A stretch of 64,000 nt of DNA, taken from Chthoniobacterales bacterium (GTDB lineage: Bacteria; Verrucomicrobiota; Verrucomicrobiia; Chthoniobacterales; JAFAMB01). The notes under the pieces are model-generated. The model had not been told where the DNA came from, searched no databases, and saw nothing but the letters and a program-made list of their open reading frames with translations. The DNA lies in assembly GCA_036401335.1 (NCBI GenBank), contig DASWVC010000033.1, positions 291-64,290 on the forward strand, in the 5' to 3' direction. Below, piece after piece: positions 46,031 to 54,145 of the stretch. Made by a program: the position numbers and the translations under genes. Position 1 is the first letter of the stretch. Every line of letters begins with the position of its first letter.

Positions 46031-47562
46031 GCCGGAGCTCCCTCTTCTTCATCCTTGGCAATGGTGCGAAGGATGTTTTCTACGCTGATGTCGGAGCCCG
46101 TCAACTCGCCCGCTTTCCGGCGATCCCTCAGAACGATGACCCGCTGACTCTGCCGCACAATTTCCTCCAGCTCGGAACTGATAAAGAGCACGCCGAGGCC
46201 TTCCCGGCGCAGGGAATTGATCAGTCTTTCAACCTCGGCCTTGGCCCCCACGTCGATGCCGCGGGTAGGCTCGTCCAGGATGAACACCCTCGGTTCGGTG
46301 GCGAGCCATCGGGCAAGCAGCACCTTCTGTTGGTTGCCACCGCTCAGGTTCTTCACCGGCTGGTCGCGGTGCGGCGTCTTGATGGCCAGGCTGTTGATGA
46401 AACGGTCGGCCAACCCTTCTTGTTCTTCCTGGGAAAGCCGGCTCCAGGGACCGCGGCTCGCCTGCAGGGCCAGGATGATGTTTTCACGCACGGTCAAATT
46501 GGGGATGATCCCCGCCGCTTTGCGATCTTCCGGGGTCAACGCCAGCCCGCAACGGATCGCCCCTCGGGGGCTGCGGAACACCGTGACCCGGCCGTTGACC
46601 CGGATGCTGCCGCGGTCAGGTTTGTCGATCCCGAAGAGTAACCGGGCGGTTTCCGTGCGGCCTGAGCCAAGCAAGCCTGCCAACCCCACCACTTCTCCCG
46701 GTCTGATTTCCAGATCAAGCGGGTGAATGGACCCTTTGCGACCCAGCCCGTTCGTCTCGATCAACGGCTTATCCGTCCGGATGCTCGCGGTGCCGGCTCG
46801 CGTGTGTTCAAGTTTTTCCGCTTCCTGCAGGTCCTTTCCCATCATCTGGGCCACGAGCTTCAGGCGGGGCAAGTCCCGGGTCGGGAACTGCCCGACCAGA
46901 CGCCCGTTCCGCAGGATGGTGATGGCGTCCGAGACCTTGTAAACCTGCCCGAGGAAATGGGTCACGAAGATGATCCCGAGCCCCTGGTCGCGTAACTTCC
47001 GTAGGACTTTGAAAAGCTCTTCCGCTTCACCGTCGTCCAGGCTCGAAGTCGGTTCATCCAGGATGAGTAGGCTCGCAGAAATGTCCAGCGCCCGCGCGAT
47101 CGCCACGAGTTGTTGAACCGCGATCGAGTACGCAGAGAGCTGGCGTGAAACGTCGATGCGCAATTCGAGCCGGGCCAGCGCCTTTTGCGCCCGTTGGGTG
47201 ATGGCCCGCCACCGGATCTTTCCCATCAACGTCGGCTGCCGGCCAAGGCAGATGTTTTCCGCCACCGACAGGTCCGGGATCAAGTTTACTTCCTGGTAAA
47301 CCGTGCTGATGCCCAGCCGCTCCGCTTCCCGCGGGGATCGTGGGGCAATGGAAATCCCGTTCAGTGCAGTGCCGCCCGCATCCCGGGAATACACGCCCGT
47401 CAACACCTTGATCAGGGTGCTTTTGCCGGCCCCGTTTTCACCCATTAACGCGTGGATTTCACCGCGGTTGACGGTGAGATCCACGCCGTCAAGGGCCTGA
47501 ACGCCAGGAAAACCTTTCGACAGACCTCGAATTTCCAGAATGGGACTGCCCACGGTGCGCAC
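46027..47562 (-). CDS. Sugar ABC transporter ATP-binding protein with duplicated NBDs (YtfR-like)
   Basis: 511 aa. Walker A GENGAGKST, two ABC signatures (first degenerate LSAYSIAVQQ, second LSGGNQQK) and two Walker B motifs. Confidence 0.92.
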   Translation of the reverse strand: MRTVGSPILEIRGLSKGFPGVQALDGVDLTVNRGEIHALMGENGAGKSTLIKVLTGVYSRDAGGTALNGISIAPRSPREAERLGISTVYQEVNLIPDLSVAENICLGRQPTLMGKIRWRAITQRAQKALARLELRIDVSRQLSAYSIAVQQLVAIARALDISASLLILDEPTSSLDDGEAEELFKVLRKLRDQGLGIIFVTHFLGQVYKVSDAITILRNGRLVGQFPTRDLPRLKLVAQMMGKDLQEAEKLEHTRAGTASIRTDKPLIETNGLGRKGSIHPLDLEIRPGEVVGLAGLLGSGRTETARLLFGIDKPDRGSIRVNGRVTVFRSPRGAIRCGLALTPEDRKAAGIIPNLTVRENIILALQASRGPWSRLSQEEQEGLADRFINSLAIKTPHRDQPVKNLSGGNQQKVLLARWLATEPRVFILDEPTRGIDVGAKAEVERLINSLRREGLGVLFISSELEEIVRQSQRVIVLRDRRKAGELTGSDISVENILRTIAKDEEEGAPA

Positions 47563-47574
47563 CGCCAGCGTATT

Positions 47575-48555
47575 CTAGTACTGGCGCTTGGGCAGGGCTG
47601 CCTCCGCCAGGGACTGGTCGTACACGCTCTCCTCCGTCACGATGCGTTTTGGCACCGTTTGCCCAGCGGCCACTTTTTCCACGACCTCAAAAAGCTGGGG
47701 TCCAAGCAACGGGTTGCATTCGACACTGCAGTTGAGCTTGCCGTCCGCCATTGCTTTAAAGGCGTCCCGAACGCCGTCGATGGAGACGACGACAATGTCT
47801 TTGCCCGGTTTAAGCCCGGCTTCCTCCATCGCCTGGATCGCACCCAGCGCCATGTCGTCGTTATGCGCGAAAACCGCGGTGATCTCCTTCGCGTCGGGAG
47901 CTTTCAAAAATGCCTCCATCACTTCCTTACCCTTGGCCCGCGTGAAATCGCCGCTCTGCGACTTGACGATTTTCATGTCCGGGTGTTCGGCCAGAATGTC
48001 TTCAAATCCCTTTTTCCGGTCAATCGCGGGAGCCGAGCCGACCGTGCCGACCAGCTCCGCGATCCTGGCTTTGCCGCCGGTTTTGTCGGCGAGCCACTTG
48101 CCCGCGCGCCGCCCTTCCTCAACGAAGTCGGAACCAAGGAACGACACGTAGAGCGACGGATCAGACACTTTGACGGCCCGATCGGACAGCACCACCGGGA
48201 TGCCGGCCTTCTTGGCTTCCTGGAGAACGGGCTCAAAACCCGTTTCGACCACGGGCGAAAAGGCGATCACGTCCACGCCCTGCGCGATAAAAGAGCGGAT
48301 GGCCTTGATCTGATTTTCCTGTTTCTGCTGGGCATCCGAGAAACGCAGGTCGATGCCGCGCTTGGCGGCTTCCGCCTTGATCGATTCGGTGTTGGCGGTG
48401 CGCCAGCCGCTTTCTGCTCCCACCTGGGAGAACCCGACGACTAACTTCTTTTTCGACGCCGCATCTGCAGCCGAGGCGGGCGTTTGGGTTAACAACAGCG
48501 CTGCGGGCAGGGCCAGCAAGGCTGCACGACATCCACGGGTCATATTTAGGTTCAT
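47575..48555 (-). CDS. Periplasmic sugar-binding protein (YtfQ-like, galactofuranose-binding family)
   Basis: Signal peptide followed by KKLVVGFSQVGAESGWRTANT, typical of the YtfQ family. Confidence 0.9.
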   Translation of the reverse strand: MNLNMTRGCRAALLALPAALLLTQTPASAADAASKKKLVVGFSQVGAESGWRTANTESIKAEAAKRGIDLRFSDAQQKQENQIKAIRSFIAQGVDVIAFSPVVETGFEPVLQEAKKAGIPVVLSDRAVKVSDPSLYVSFLGSDFVEEGRRAGKWLADKTGGKARIAELVGTVGSAPAIDRKKGFEDILAEHPDMKIVKSQSGDFTRAKGKEVMEAFLKAPDAKEITAVFAHNDDMALGAIQAMEEAGLKPGKDIVVVSIDGVRDAFKAMADGKLNCSVECNPLLGPQLFEVVEKVAAGQTVPKRIVTEESVYDQSLAEAALPKRQY

Positions 48556-48625
48556 TTGAAGGGATTACGGTTTGAATCGGCCACCACCGTGCAACCCTTT
48601 AGCGGCACCGCGGCGTGGGCCAGAA

Positions 48626-48639
48626 TGTGAGCGCTCACA
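48626..48639. promoter_or_regulatory. LacI-family operator O1, a perfect 14-bp palindrome TGTGAGCGCTCACA
   Basis: Perfect dyad, identical to the core of the symmetric ideal lac operator. It lies 71 bp upstream of the ytfQ-like ATG in the divergent intergenic region. Confidence 0.6.
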
Positions 48640-48681
48640 GAAACAAACCAGGGTTCTTGCCGAGGAGAACAGGGGGGAGTC

Positions 48682-48695
48682 CGTGAACGCTCACA
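48682..48695. promoter_or_regulatory. LacI-family operator O2, CGTGAACGCTCACA
   Basis: Matches O1 at 12 of 14 positions. It is centred 56 bp from O1 and lies about 100 bp upstream of the LacI-family gene. Confidence 0.45.
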
Positions 48696-48795
48696 CCGAC
48701 TAACCGTTCGAAAGGCGTATTGCAAGGAAAAAAGGAAACGAAAGTGCCCCGACGGCCTTTACAATCCGGGCAGAAGGACTATTCACCTAGCCAAT

Positions 48796-49917
48796 ATGCG
48801 GTCGTCCCCCAGAAAGAGGAGCAATAACCTCACCATCAATGACGTCGCCGCGCTGGCCGGAGTTTCCTACCAGACCGTCTCCCGCGTTCTTAACGCGATG
48901 CCGCACGTTTCGGCCACAACCCGGGAAAGGGTGCAAACCGTTCTGCGCCAGGTTGGGTTCCGGCCGAATATGACCGCCCGCCAGCTCGCAACCCAACGTT
49001 CGACCACGGTCGGTCTGGTGACGTTCGCTACCAGTTTTTTCGGTCCCTCCCAGATCATGGTTAACAGCGAACACGCCGCCAAGGAGATGGGGCTGAGTTT
49101 CATGTTCAGCAGCATCGTGGAGCAGAGCGCCCAGGAGGTTCGCCGGGCGGTCGACGAACTCTGCGCCCACCAGGTTTGCGGCATTCTCATCCACCTTCCC
49201 TGGGTCGTTGACCTGCGCGACCTCCGCGAGGTTTGCCGCAACATTCCCATGGTGGCAGTAGACTCGAATTTCGGGTTTAAATGTCCCTCCGTTTTCATCG
49301 ATCAGGAATCGGGCTCCCGGAAGGCAACACGGCACCTCATCGACCTTGGCCACCGGAAAATCGCCTACCTGCGCGGCCCGGTCTTCTGGCGGGCAGCGGA
49401 GCTCCGGTACCGGGGTTGGTGGAAGGAGTTGAAGGCCAAAGGCCTCGAGCCGGGACCCGTCGAGAACGGCGACTGGACGGCGGAGTCCGGATTCGAAGCA
49501 ACAAAGAGGCTCCAGAAAAAGTGGGGAGAGTGCACGGCGATCGTCGTTGCCAACGACCAGATGGCGCTCGGTTCCATCCGGGCCTTTGAAGAGAGCGGCG
49601 TTCGCGTCCCGAAAAACGTTTCGGTGGTCGGGTTTGACGACATCCCGGAAGCCGGCTTTTACCGGCCGCCGCTGTCTACCATCAAACAGGATTTTGCCGC
49701 GCTCGGCCGCTTGAGCATGCAATGCCTGATGGCGCAGCTTCAGTCGCCGCCCGAATATCCCCGCATCCGTCCGATCCAGCCGACCTTGATCGAGCGCAAG
49801 AGTACGGGCTCATGTTCGATGCCGCAGGACTCGTTGGTTAACACGGAAGTGGACGGCGCCCCTCCCGTTAGTCGCGGCCGACGCAGGTCCGCCCAGCAAC
49901 CGTCGTCGGAGGAATAA
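48796..49917 (+). CDS. LacI family transcriptional regulator (with unusual ~35-aa C-terminal extension)
   Basis: HTH LTINDVAALAGVSYQTVSRVLN followed by a periplasmic-binding-fold core. Family similarity ends near ...PTLIERKST, and the tail that follows is low-complexity. Confidence 0.9.
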   Translation: MRSSPRKRSNNLTINDVAALAGVSYQTVSRVLNAMPHVSATTRERVQTVLRQVGFRPNMTARQLATQRSTTVGLVTFATSFFGPSQIMVNSEHAAKEMGLSFMFSSIVEQSAQEVRRAVDELCAHQVCGILIHLPWVVDLRDLREVCRNIPMVAVDSNFGFKCPSVFIDQESGSRKATRHLIDLGHRKIAYLRGPVFWRAAELRYRGWWKELKAKGLEPGPVENGDWTAESGFEATKRLQKKWGECTAIVVANDQMALGSIRAFEESGVRVPKNVSVVGFDDIPEAGFYRPPLSTIKQDFAALGRLSMQCLMAQLQSPPEYPRIRPIQPTLIERKSTGSCSMPQDSLVNTEVDGAPPVSRGRRRSAQQPSSEE

Positions 49918-49979
49918 ACGCCGGGAAGAAGGTGTCGGTTTGTAAGAAAGGGATAAACGCGCTCTTTCGGCAGGGGGGT

Positions 49980-50066
49980 GGCAGCGAATTCCTCGAGCCA
50001 GAAGCCGGTCTTGCGGCGCGTGTTACCGAGTTGATCGTGTGATGTTAACACCATCAGTATTTTCAT
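49980..50066 (-). pseudogene. N-terminal stub (~29 codons) of a DJ-1/PfpI-type glutamine amidotransferase-like gene
   Basis: MKILMVLTSHDQLGNTRRKTGFWLEEFAA is the typical N-terminus of this family. Similarity is lost afterwards in all three frames. Confidence 0.5.
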
Positions 50067-50141
50067 GTTTGTTCTCCTTTGTTTTCCTTGTGCGGATCTT
50101 TTGGTGGGTTGGAGGCAGGTAGGCTCGGAGCGTAAAGGAGT

Positions 50142-50291
50142 TTACGTTGCTTGCGGCACGAACTTTCGTGCCAGTGATGCAATCTCGTCGGCTTTGGAGT
50201 CCAACGCGAAGTGGCCGGCGTCGAGGACTTTGACAGCAGGGTCAGAAGAGCCGGCGCGCGGAAGGAAAACCTCCGCTGCCCACCTCGGCAC
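50142..50291 (-). pseudogene. C-terminal stub (~49 codons) of an alpha/beta hydrolase gene
   Basis: Manual translation gives ...DPAVKVLDAGHFALDSKADEIASLARKFV. This contains the catalytic-His region typical of haloalkane-dehalogenase-like hydrolase C-termini. Stop codons lie immediately upstream. Confidence 0.45.
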
Positions 50292-50483
50292 CTAACATCA
50301 ATTCCGCAGACGAACATGACTGCAATGATGAATCTCCGACAGATCCGTCTCGAGCGACGCATCTTGTCACCATGGGAGGTCGGTGACCGCTTGGTTCCAG
50401 GCGGCGGCGATCGACTGCGATGGTCTCTATGCCGAATACAGGATCGCACCGGTGGAAGCGGTGGCTGCAATTCCCAACGAGTT

Positions 50484-51622
50484 ATACCAGCTTGCAGGTT
50501 AAACTGGTAAAATCGGCGTGACCCTGGGCGATGGTTGGGTGAAGTTGGCGCCCATGGCACGGACGCGCCGCAAACTGGATGAACAAGGGGAAACGGAACT
50601 GCTCTTGGAGCGGCTGCGCCGCCAGCGGGCCGGCTGGCAACGCGAACGGCTTTTGGCCGTCAAATGGGGCTTGGAAGGCGAACTCACCCTTGAGCAGATC
50701 GCCGCGCAACTGGGCCGAGCCCGTTCGAGCATCCAGCAGTGGTTTGATGCCTTTCGCTGCAGCGGGGTGGAGGGGCTGCTGTGCTTAAAGCGGGGCAAGG
50801 GGCCGCCCAGTCGCCTCACGCCGGCCATGGCGCGGGCCCTGAGCCGAAAGCTCCAAAGCGGTGAGTGCCGCCGGGCCGTCGACGCCCACCGTTGGCTGGT
50901 GAAGACCTATGGGTTGGAAGTGCGCCTGGCGTCGGTTTACCACTATTTAAAAGGCTTAGGGGCGCGGTTGAAAGTGCCGCGCCCCTGCCACCGCCGCGGC
51001 GTTCAAAGTTACGCTGGGTCAAAAGCTCGCCGCCTTAAACTGCCAGCCCGTCGCCCGGTGCGGCTCTGGGTGGCCGATGAAAGGCGCTACGGCTTGCAGC
51101 CCGTGACCCGGCGGGTCTGGGCTTTACGAGGCCAGCGGACCGTGGTTCCCGTCCAGCCGGGCTATGAAGGGGGCTACGTCTTTGGCGCCCTCCAAGTCGG
51201 GGGCGCGGGTGCGGCGGAGTTCTTTTACTGCCCCACGGCCAACCAGGAATCCAGCCGGCTCTTTTTGCACCAAGTGGCCACATGCGACCCCGAGGCGAAC
51301 CACGTCGTGATTTGGGACGGGGCGGGGTTCCACCCCGGCGACGGGGCACCGAAGCTGCCGCCTGGGGTACGCCTGCTGGCCTTCCCGCCGTACCGCCCGG
51401 AGTTGAACCCGGTCGAAAAGCTGTGGGACCAGCTTAAAGACCGCCTCTGCAACCGACCCTTCCACAGCCTGCGGGCGCTCGAAGCCGTGATGACGGACTT
51501 CCTGCGCGAGGTGTGGCAAGACGCCCGGCGGGTCGGGAATCTGATTGGCGACGGCTGGCTGCGGGCGCAAAGCAAACGCTTCCTTCGCCGGAATTTTGCC
51601 GGTATGACGGCCTAAATGGTAT
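50484..51622 (+). mobile_element. IS630 family insertion sequence (~1.14 kb) with imperfect ~35-bp terminal inverted repeats
   Basis: Left end: ATACCAGCTTGCAGGTTAAACTGGTAAAATCGGCG. Reverse complement of right end: ATACCATTTAGGCCGTCATACCGGCAAAATTCCGGCG. A TA dinucleotide follows the right end. Confidence 0.8.
50554..51615 (+). CDS. IS630 family transposase (HTH + DDE)
   Basis: N-terminal helix-turn-helix region, then the DDE region WVADERRYGLQ ... VIWDGAGFH ... PPYRPELNPVEKLWDQLK. Confidence 0.9.
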   Translation: MARTRRKLDEQGETELLLERLRRQRAGWQRERLLAVKWGLEGELTLEQIAAQLGRARSSIQQWFDAFRCSGVEGLLCLKRGKGPPSRLTPAMARALSRKLQSGECRRAVDAHRWLVKTYGLEVRLASVYHYLKGLGARLKVPRPCHRRGVQSYAGSKARRLKLPARRPVRLWVADERRYGLQPVTRRVWALRGQRTVVPVQPGYEGGYVFGALQVGGAGAAEFFYCPTANQESSRLFLHQVATCDPEANHVVIWDGAGFHPGDGAPKLPPGVRLLAFPPYRPELNPVEKLWDQLKDRLCNRPFHSLRALEAVMTDFLREVWQDARRVGNLIGDGWLRAQSKRFLRRNFAGMTA

Positions 51623-51853
51623 TACCGGCAGAAAAAGCCGGACTGTTCATGTGCGCAGGCGCCCGAAAGAGGCCGGCTTACGAATGGCCGGCGCACCGGA
51701 AGCCGTGCCCGCGGTTTGCCCCGATGGCGTCGAAGCCAACAATTTCTGCCTCGGTTCGACCCTCCCGTCCGCTCTGTGCTTACCCTTTTTGCTTCCCCAT
51801 CTACCCGCGGCCGGGCCGCTCACTGGCATGGGATAGACAGGGTTCGTTTCTTC

Positions 51854-52597
51854 TCAACTTTGAAGAATTTGCCGGAGGTTTTCGGGGGACGTCTGGCTCG
51901 CCCAAAGCATCACCATGCCGTTCATCTCCTGGCAGATCATCTCCCAAGGGCCCTCGCTGCCAGGTTGCGGCGGCAGTTCGGTGCCCAAGGCACTCTTAGG
52001 AATGACAAGCAAGTGAACCAACCGGCCGTCCGGCAACCGAAAGCAGGTAAGGGACATGCGGTGGCCGCGCCACTCCATCACGCGGCACCCGGCCGTGTGC
52101 ATCCGTTGCAGACTCGCCGGGATGGCCGGCGCGCTCGGGCCTTGCTGCTGCGCAATGTAAGCTTGGGTTTCGGCGAAGCTCGACGTGATCAGATCGAGCT
52201 TGGGACCGGCCGGCAACGAGACCATGGCCAAAGCATCCCGCTGAAACGCCGCGGCGAGGCCGGAGGAACGGGAAGACGGACGCAAGGGACCGATCAAGAC
52301 AACCGCGCTCACCGTCAAGACAGCCGCCATGGCCGAAAGTGGGCCAAACCAGCGGTCGCGTCGAAGCGGCACCGTTTTCAAACCAGCCATGACAAGGTTG
52401 GGCAGGTCCGCGGGCGGCTCAATCGTGCGAAGCCGCTCGATCAGGGCAGCGTCCACGCTGCGTTGCCCGTCCAGCCATTCGCCCAGTGCAGGGTCCATCT
52501 TTGCTTGCGCGAGGGCCTTTGCAAACGTTGGGTCTTGCGCATCCGCACCGTTCGGCCGGTAGGCGCTAAGGATGACTCTCGCCTCGTTGTTATCCAC
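51854..52597 (-). CDS. Anti-sigma factor (single-pass membrane protein)
   Basis: GTG start overlapping the sigma gene stop by 8 nt. N-terminal cytoplasmic helix region, one TM (WFGPLSAMAAVLTVSAVVLIGPL) and an extracytoplasmic C-terminal domain. Confidence 0.7.
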   Translation of the reverse strand: MDNNEARVILSAYRPNGADAQDPTFAKALAQAKMDPALGEWLDGQRSVDAALIERLRTIEPPADLPNLVMAGLKTVPLRRDRWFGPLSAMAAVLTVSAVVLIGPLRPSSRSSGLAAAFQRDALAMVSLPAGPKLDLITSSFAETQAYIAQQQGPSAPAIPASLQRMHTAGCRVMEWRGHRMSLTCFRLPDGRLVHLLVIPKSALGTELPPQPGSEGPWEMICQEMNGMVMLWASQTSPENLRQILQS

Positions 52598-53144
52598 GGC
52601 CGAGCCTTTCTTCCGGTGGCAGGGGGATTATTTTAGAGTCCCGCAGCCCTTGCAAACTCGAAAGCCGCGCCCGGAGCTGTTCCTTGCCACGCGACAGGCG
52701 GGACATCACCGTGCCGATCGGGATTTCCAGCGCGTCGGCAATCTCGCGGTAGGAAAGTTCGCCCAGGTAGTACATCTTGAGCGCCACTTGGTAGGTGTCG
52801 TCCAGAGCGTCCAACGCGTCCAGGATCAGGTGTGCATCAGCGCTGCGTGCAGCGGTTACGTCCAACGTCGCGGCCTCGTGTTCGCCGCTCTCAAAAGAAA
52901 CTTCGGGGTGCGCGTTTTGCCGCCGGGCCAGCCGGAGGAATTCGCGTCGCAACGTCGTGAAAAGCCATCCCTTCAGTTTCTCCAACTCTCGCAACTGATG
53001 GCCGTGCTGGGCGAGAAGCAGAAAGGTCTGCTGCGTTAAATCAGCCGCGGAGGCTTCCTGGCGGGTAAGGGACAAGGCAAAACGGTAGAGCGACTGGTAA
53101 TAAGCCGCCACCGCACCTTCGAGGTCGATCGATTTGCCTGTCAT
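52590..53144 (-). CDS. ECF-type RNA polymerase sigma-70 family factor
   Basis: 184 aa. Region 2 (YQSLYRFALSLT...DLTQQTFL) and region 4 (YYLGELSYREIADALEIPIGTVMSRLSRGK). Confidence 0.92.
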   Translation of the reverse strand: MTGKSIDLEGAVAAYYQSLYRFALSLTRQEASAADLTQQTFLLLAQHGHQLRELEKLKGWLFTTLRREFLRLARRQNAHPEVSFESGEHEAATLDVTAARSADAHLILDALDALDDTYQVALKMYYLGELSYREIADALEIPIGTVMSRLSRGKEQLRARLSSLQGLRDSKIIPLPPEERLGRG

Positions 53145-53200
53145 GGTGAACTGCTGGGCACCGCAGAGATTTCCGCATCCCGGGGTGAGAGGGAAGTGGC

Positions 53201-53226
53201 GACGAATTATTCCCCTTTCCCTTTCA
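53201..53226 (-). promoter_or_regulatory. Candidate ECF-type autoregulatory promoter, TGAAAG-N16-CGTC
   Basis: The minus strand reads TGAAAGggaaaggggaataattCGTC, about 57 nt upstream of the sigma ATG. The TGA of the -35 box is the stop codon of the upstream gene. Confidence 0.3.
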
Positions 53227-53961
53227 AAGCGACTTCAGCCATTTGGAAGCCACCGGCCCCAGCATGAAGTAGCTTTGCGCCACCAACAAGCTGGTAACGT
53301 AAAAAAACATGATTTCTTCCACCGGCAGGCTTTGGCGCCACCTGAGGCCGAGAATCTGCCGGTCGTCAAAAATCCAGAGGCCGCGCCGAACAGCCGCCAA
53401 GTCGGCCAAGGTGAGCCACGTGCCGACCAAAACCGTCGCGATCGTCACGGCGAACCCGTTGGCGACGAGCAGCGGGCCGGCCAGCAGCCATTGCAGCACC
53501 AGGACGGGTCCGAACCAGTAGACGAGGTGAAAAAGGTAATGCCCCCGCCGGGGCAGGCGGCGGGTGGCCCAAAACCCCACCAACGCCCAGAGCAGAAGGA
53601 GGGTACCCAGGCCAAGGCGGACCGGCAAAGACCCAAAGCCGGGAATCCCGGGTTTCCAGAACCCGAACAGCCCGCTCAGGCCGTGGCAAACCAGCATCAC
53701 TTCCAAGCCTTGGAGCACGAAAAAACAGTACTCCTCGACGGGTAAGTGCCAGATCCGAAAGGCGTACCTGGAATCCGGGAAATCCCACATCCCGTGGGCA
53801 ACCGCATAATTGTCCCAGGGAGTGGTGAACGCGACCACGATCAGCAGGACGAGCCCAAAGGTCAGCAGCACCCACGGCCGCCACGCCCCGAATAGGGAGA
53901 TGCAACCAGCCAGGGCCAGTAAAGGAAGGTTAAAACGCAGGTGAAAGCTTCCGTAGGTCAC
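53224..53961 (-). CDS. Lycopene cyclase domain protein (fused CrtYc/CrtYd-type, two repeats)
   Basis: Two copies of the signature: TPWDNY...HLPVEEYCFF and LWIFDD...SLPVEEIMFF. Start is uncertain: a GTG at 53961 is proposed, because the ORF-track start at 54147 would overlap the ilvD start. Confidence 0.75.
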   Translation of the reverse strand: MTYGSFHLRFNLPLLALAGCISLFGAWRPWVLLTFGLVLLIVVAFTTPWDNYAVAHGMWDFPDSRYAFRIWHLPVEEYCFFVLQGLEVMLVCHGLSGLFGFWKPGIPGFGSLPVRLGLGTLLLLWALVGFWATRRLPRRGHYLFHLVYWFGPVLVLQWLLAGPLLVANGFAVTIATVLVGTWLTLADLAAVRRGLWIFDDRQILGLRWRQSLPVEEIMFFYVTSLLVAQSYFMLGPVASKWLKSL

Positions 53962-54145
53962 AGCTGGGGGTGCGGCAAACGCCGGATACAGGGTGAAGGC
54001 AGAACGGCCATGGGCAAATTCCGGTACGAGTGAAACGGCATTGTGGCTAACGGTACGCTTCCGGAGGCGTTCGCGGCGGCAAGGCCCGCCGCGGGAAGAA
54101 AAAACTTGGTTGCGCCGCGTCCCGGGCGGGCTAAGTCCAACGATC

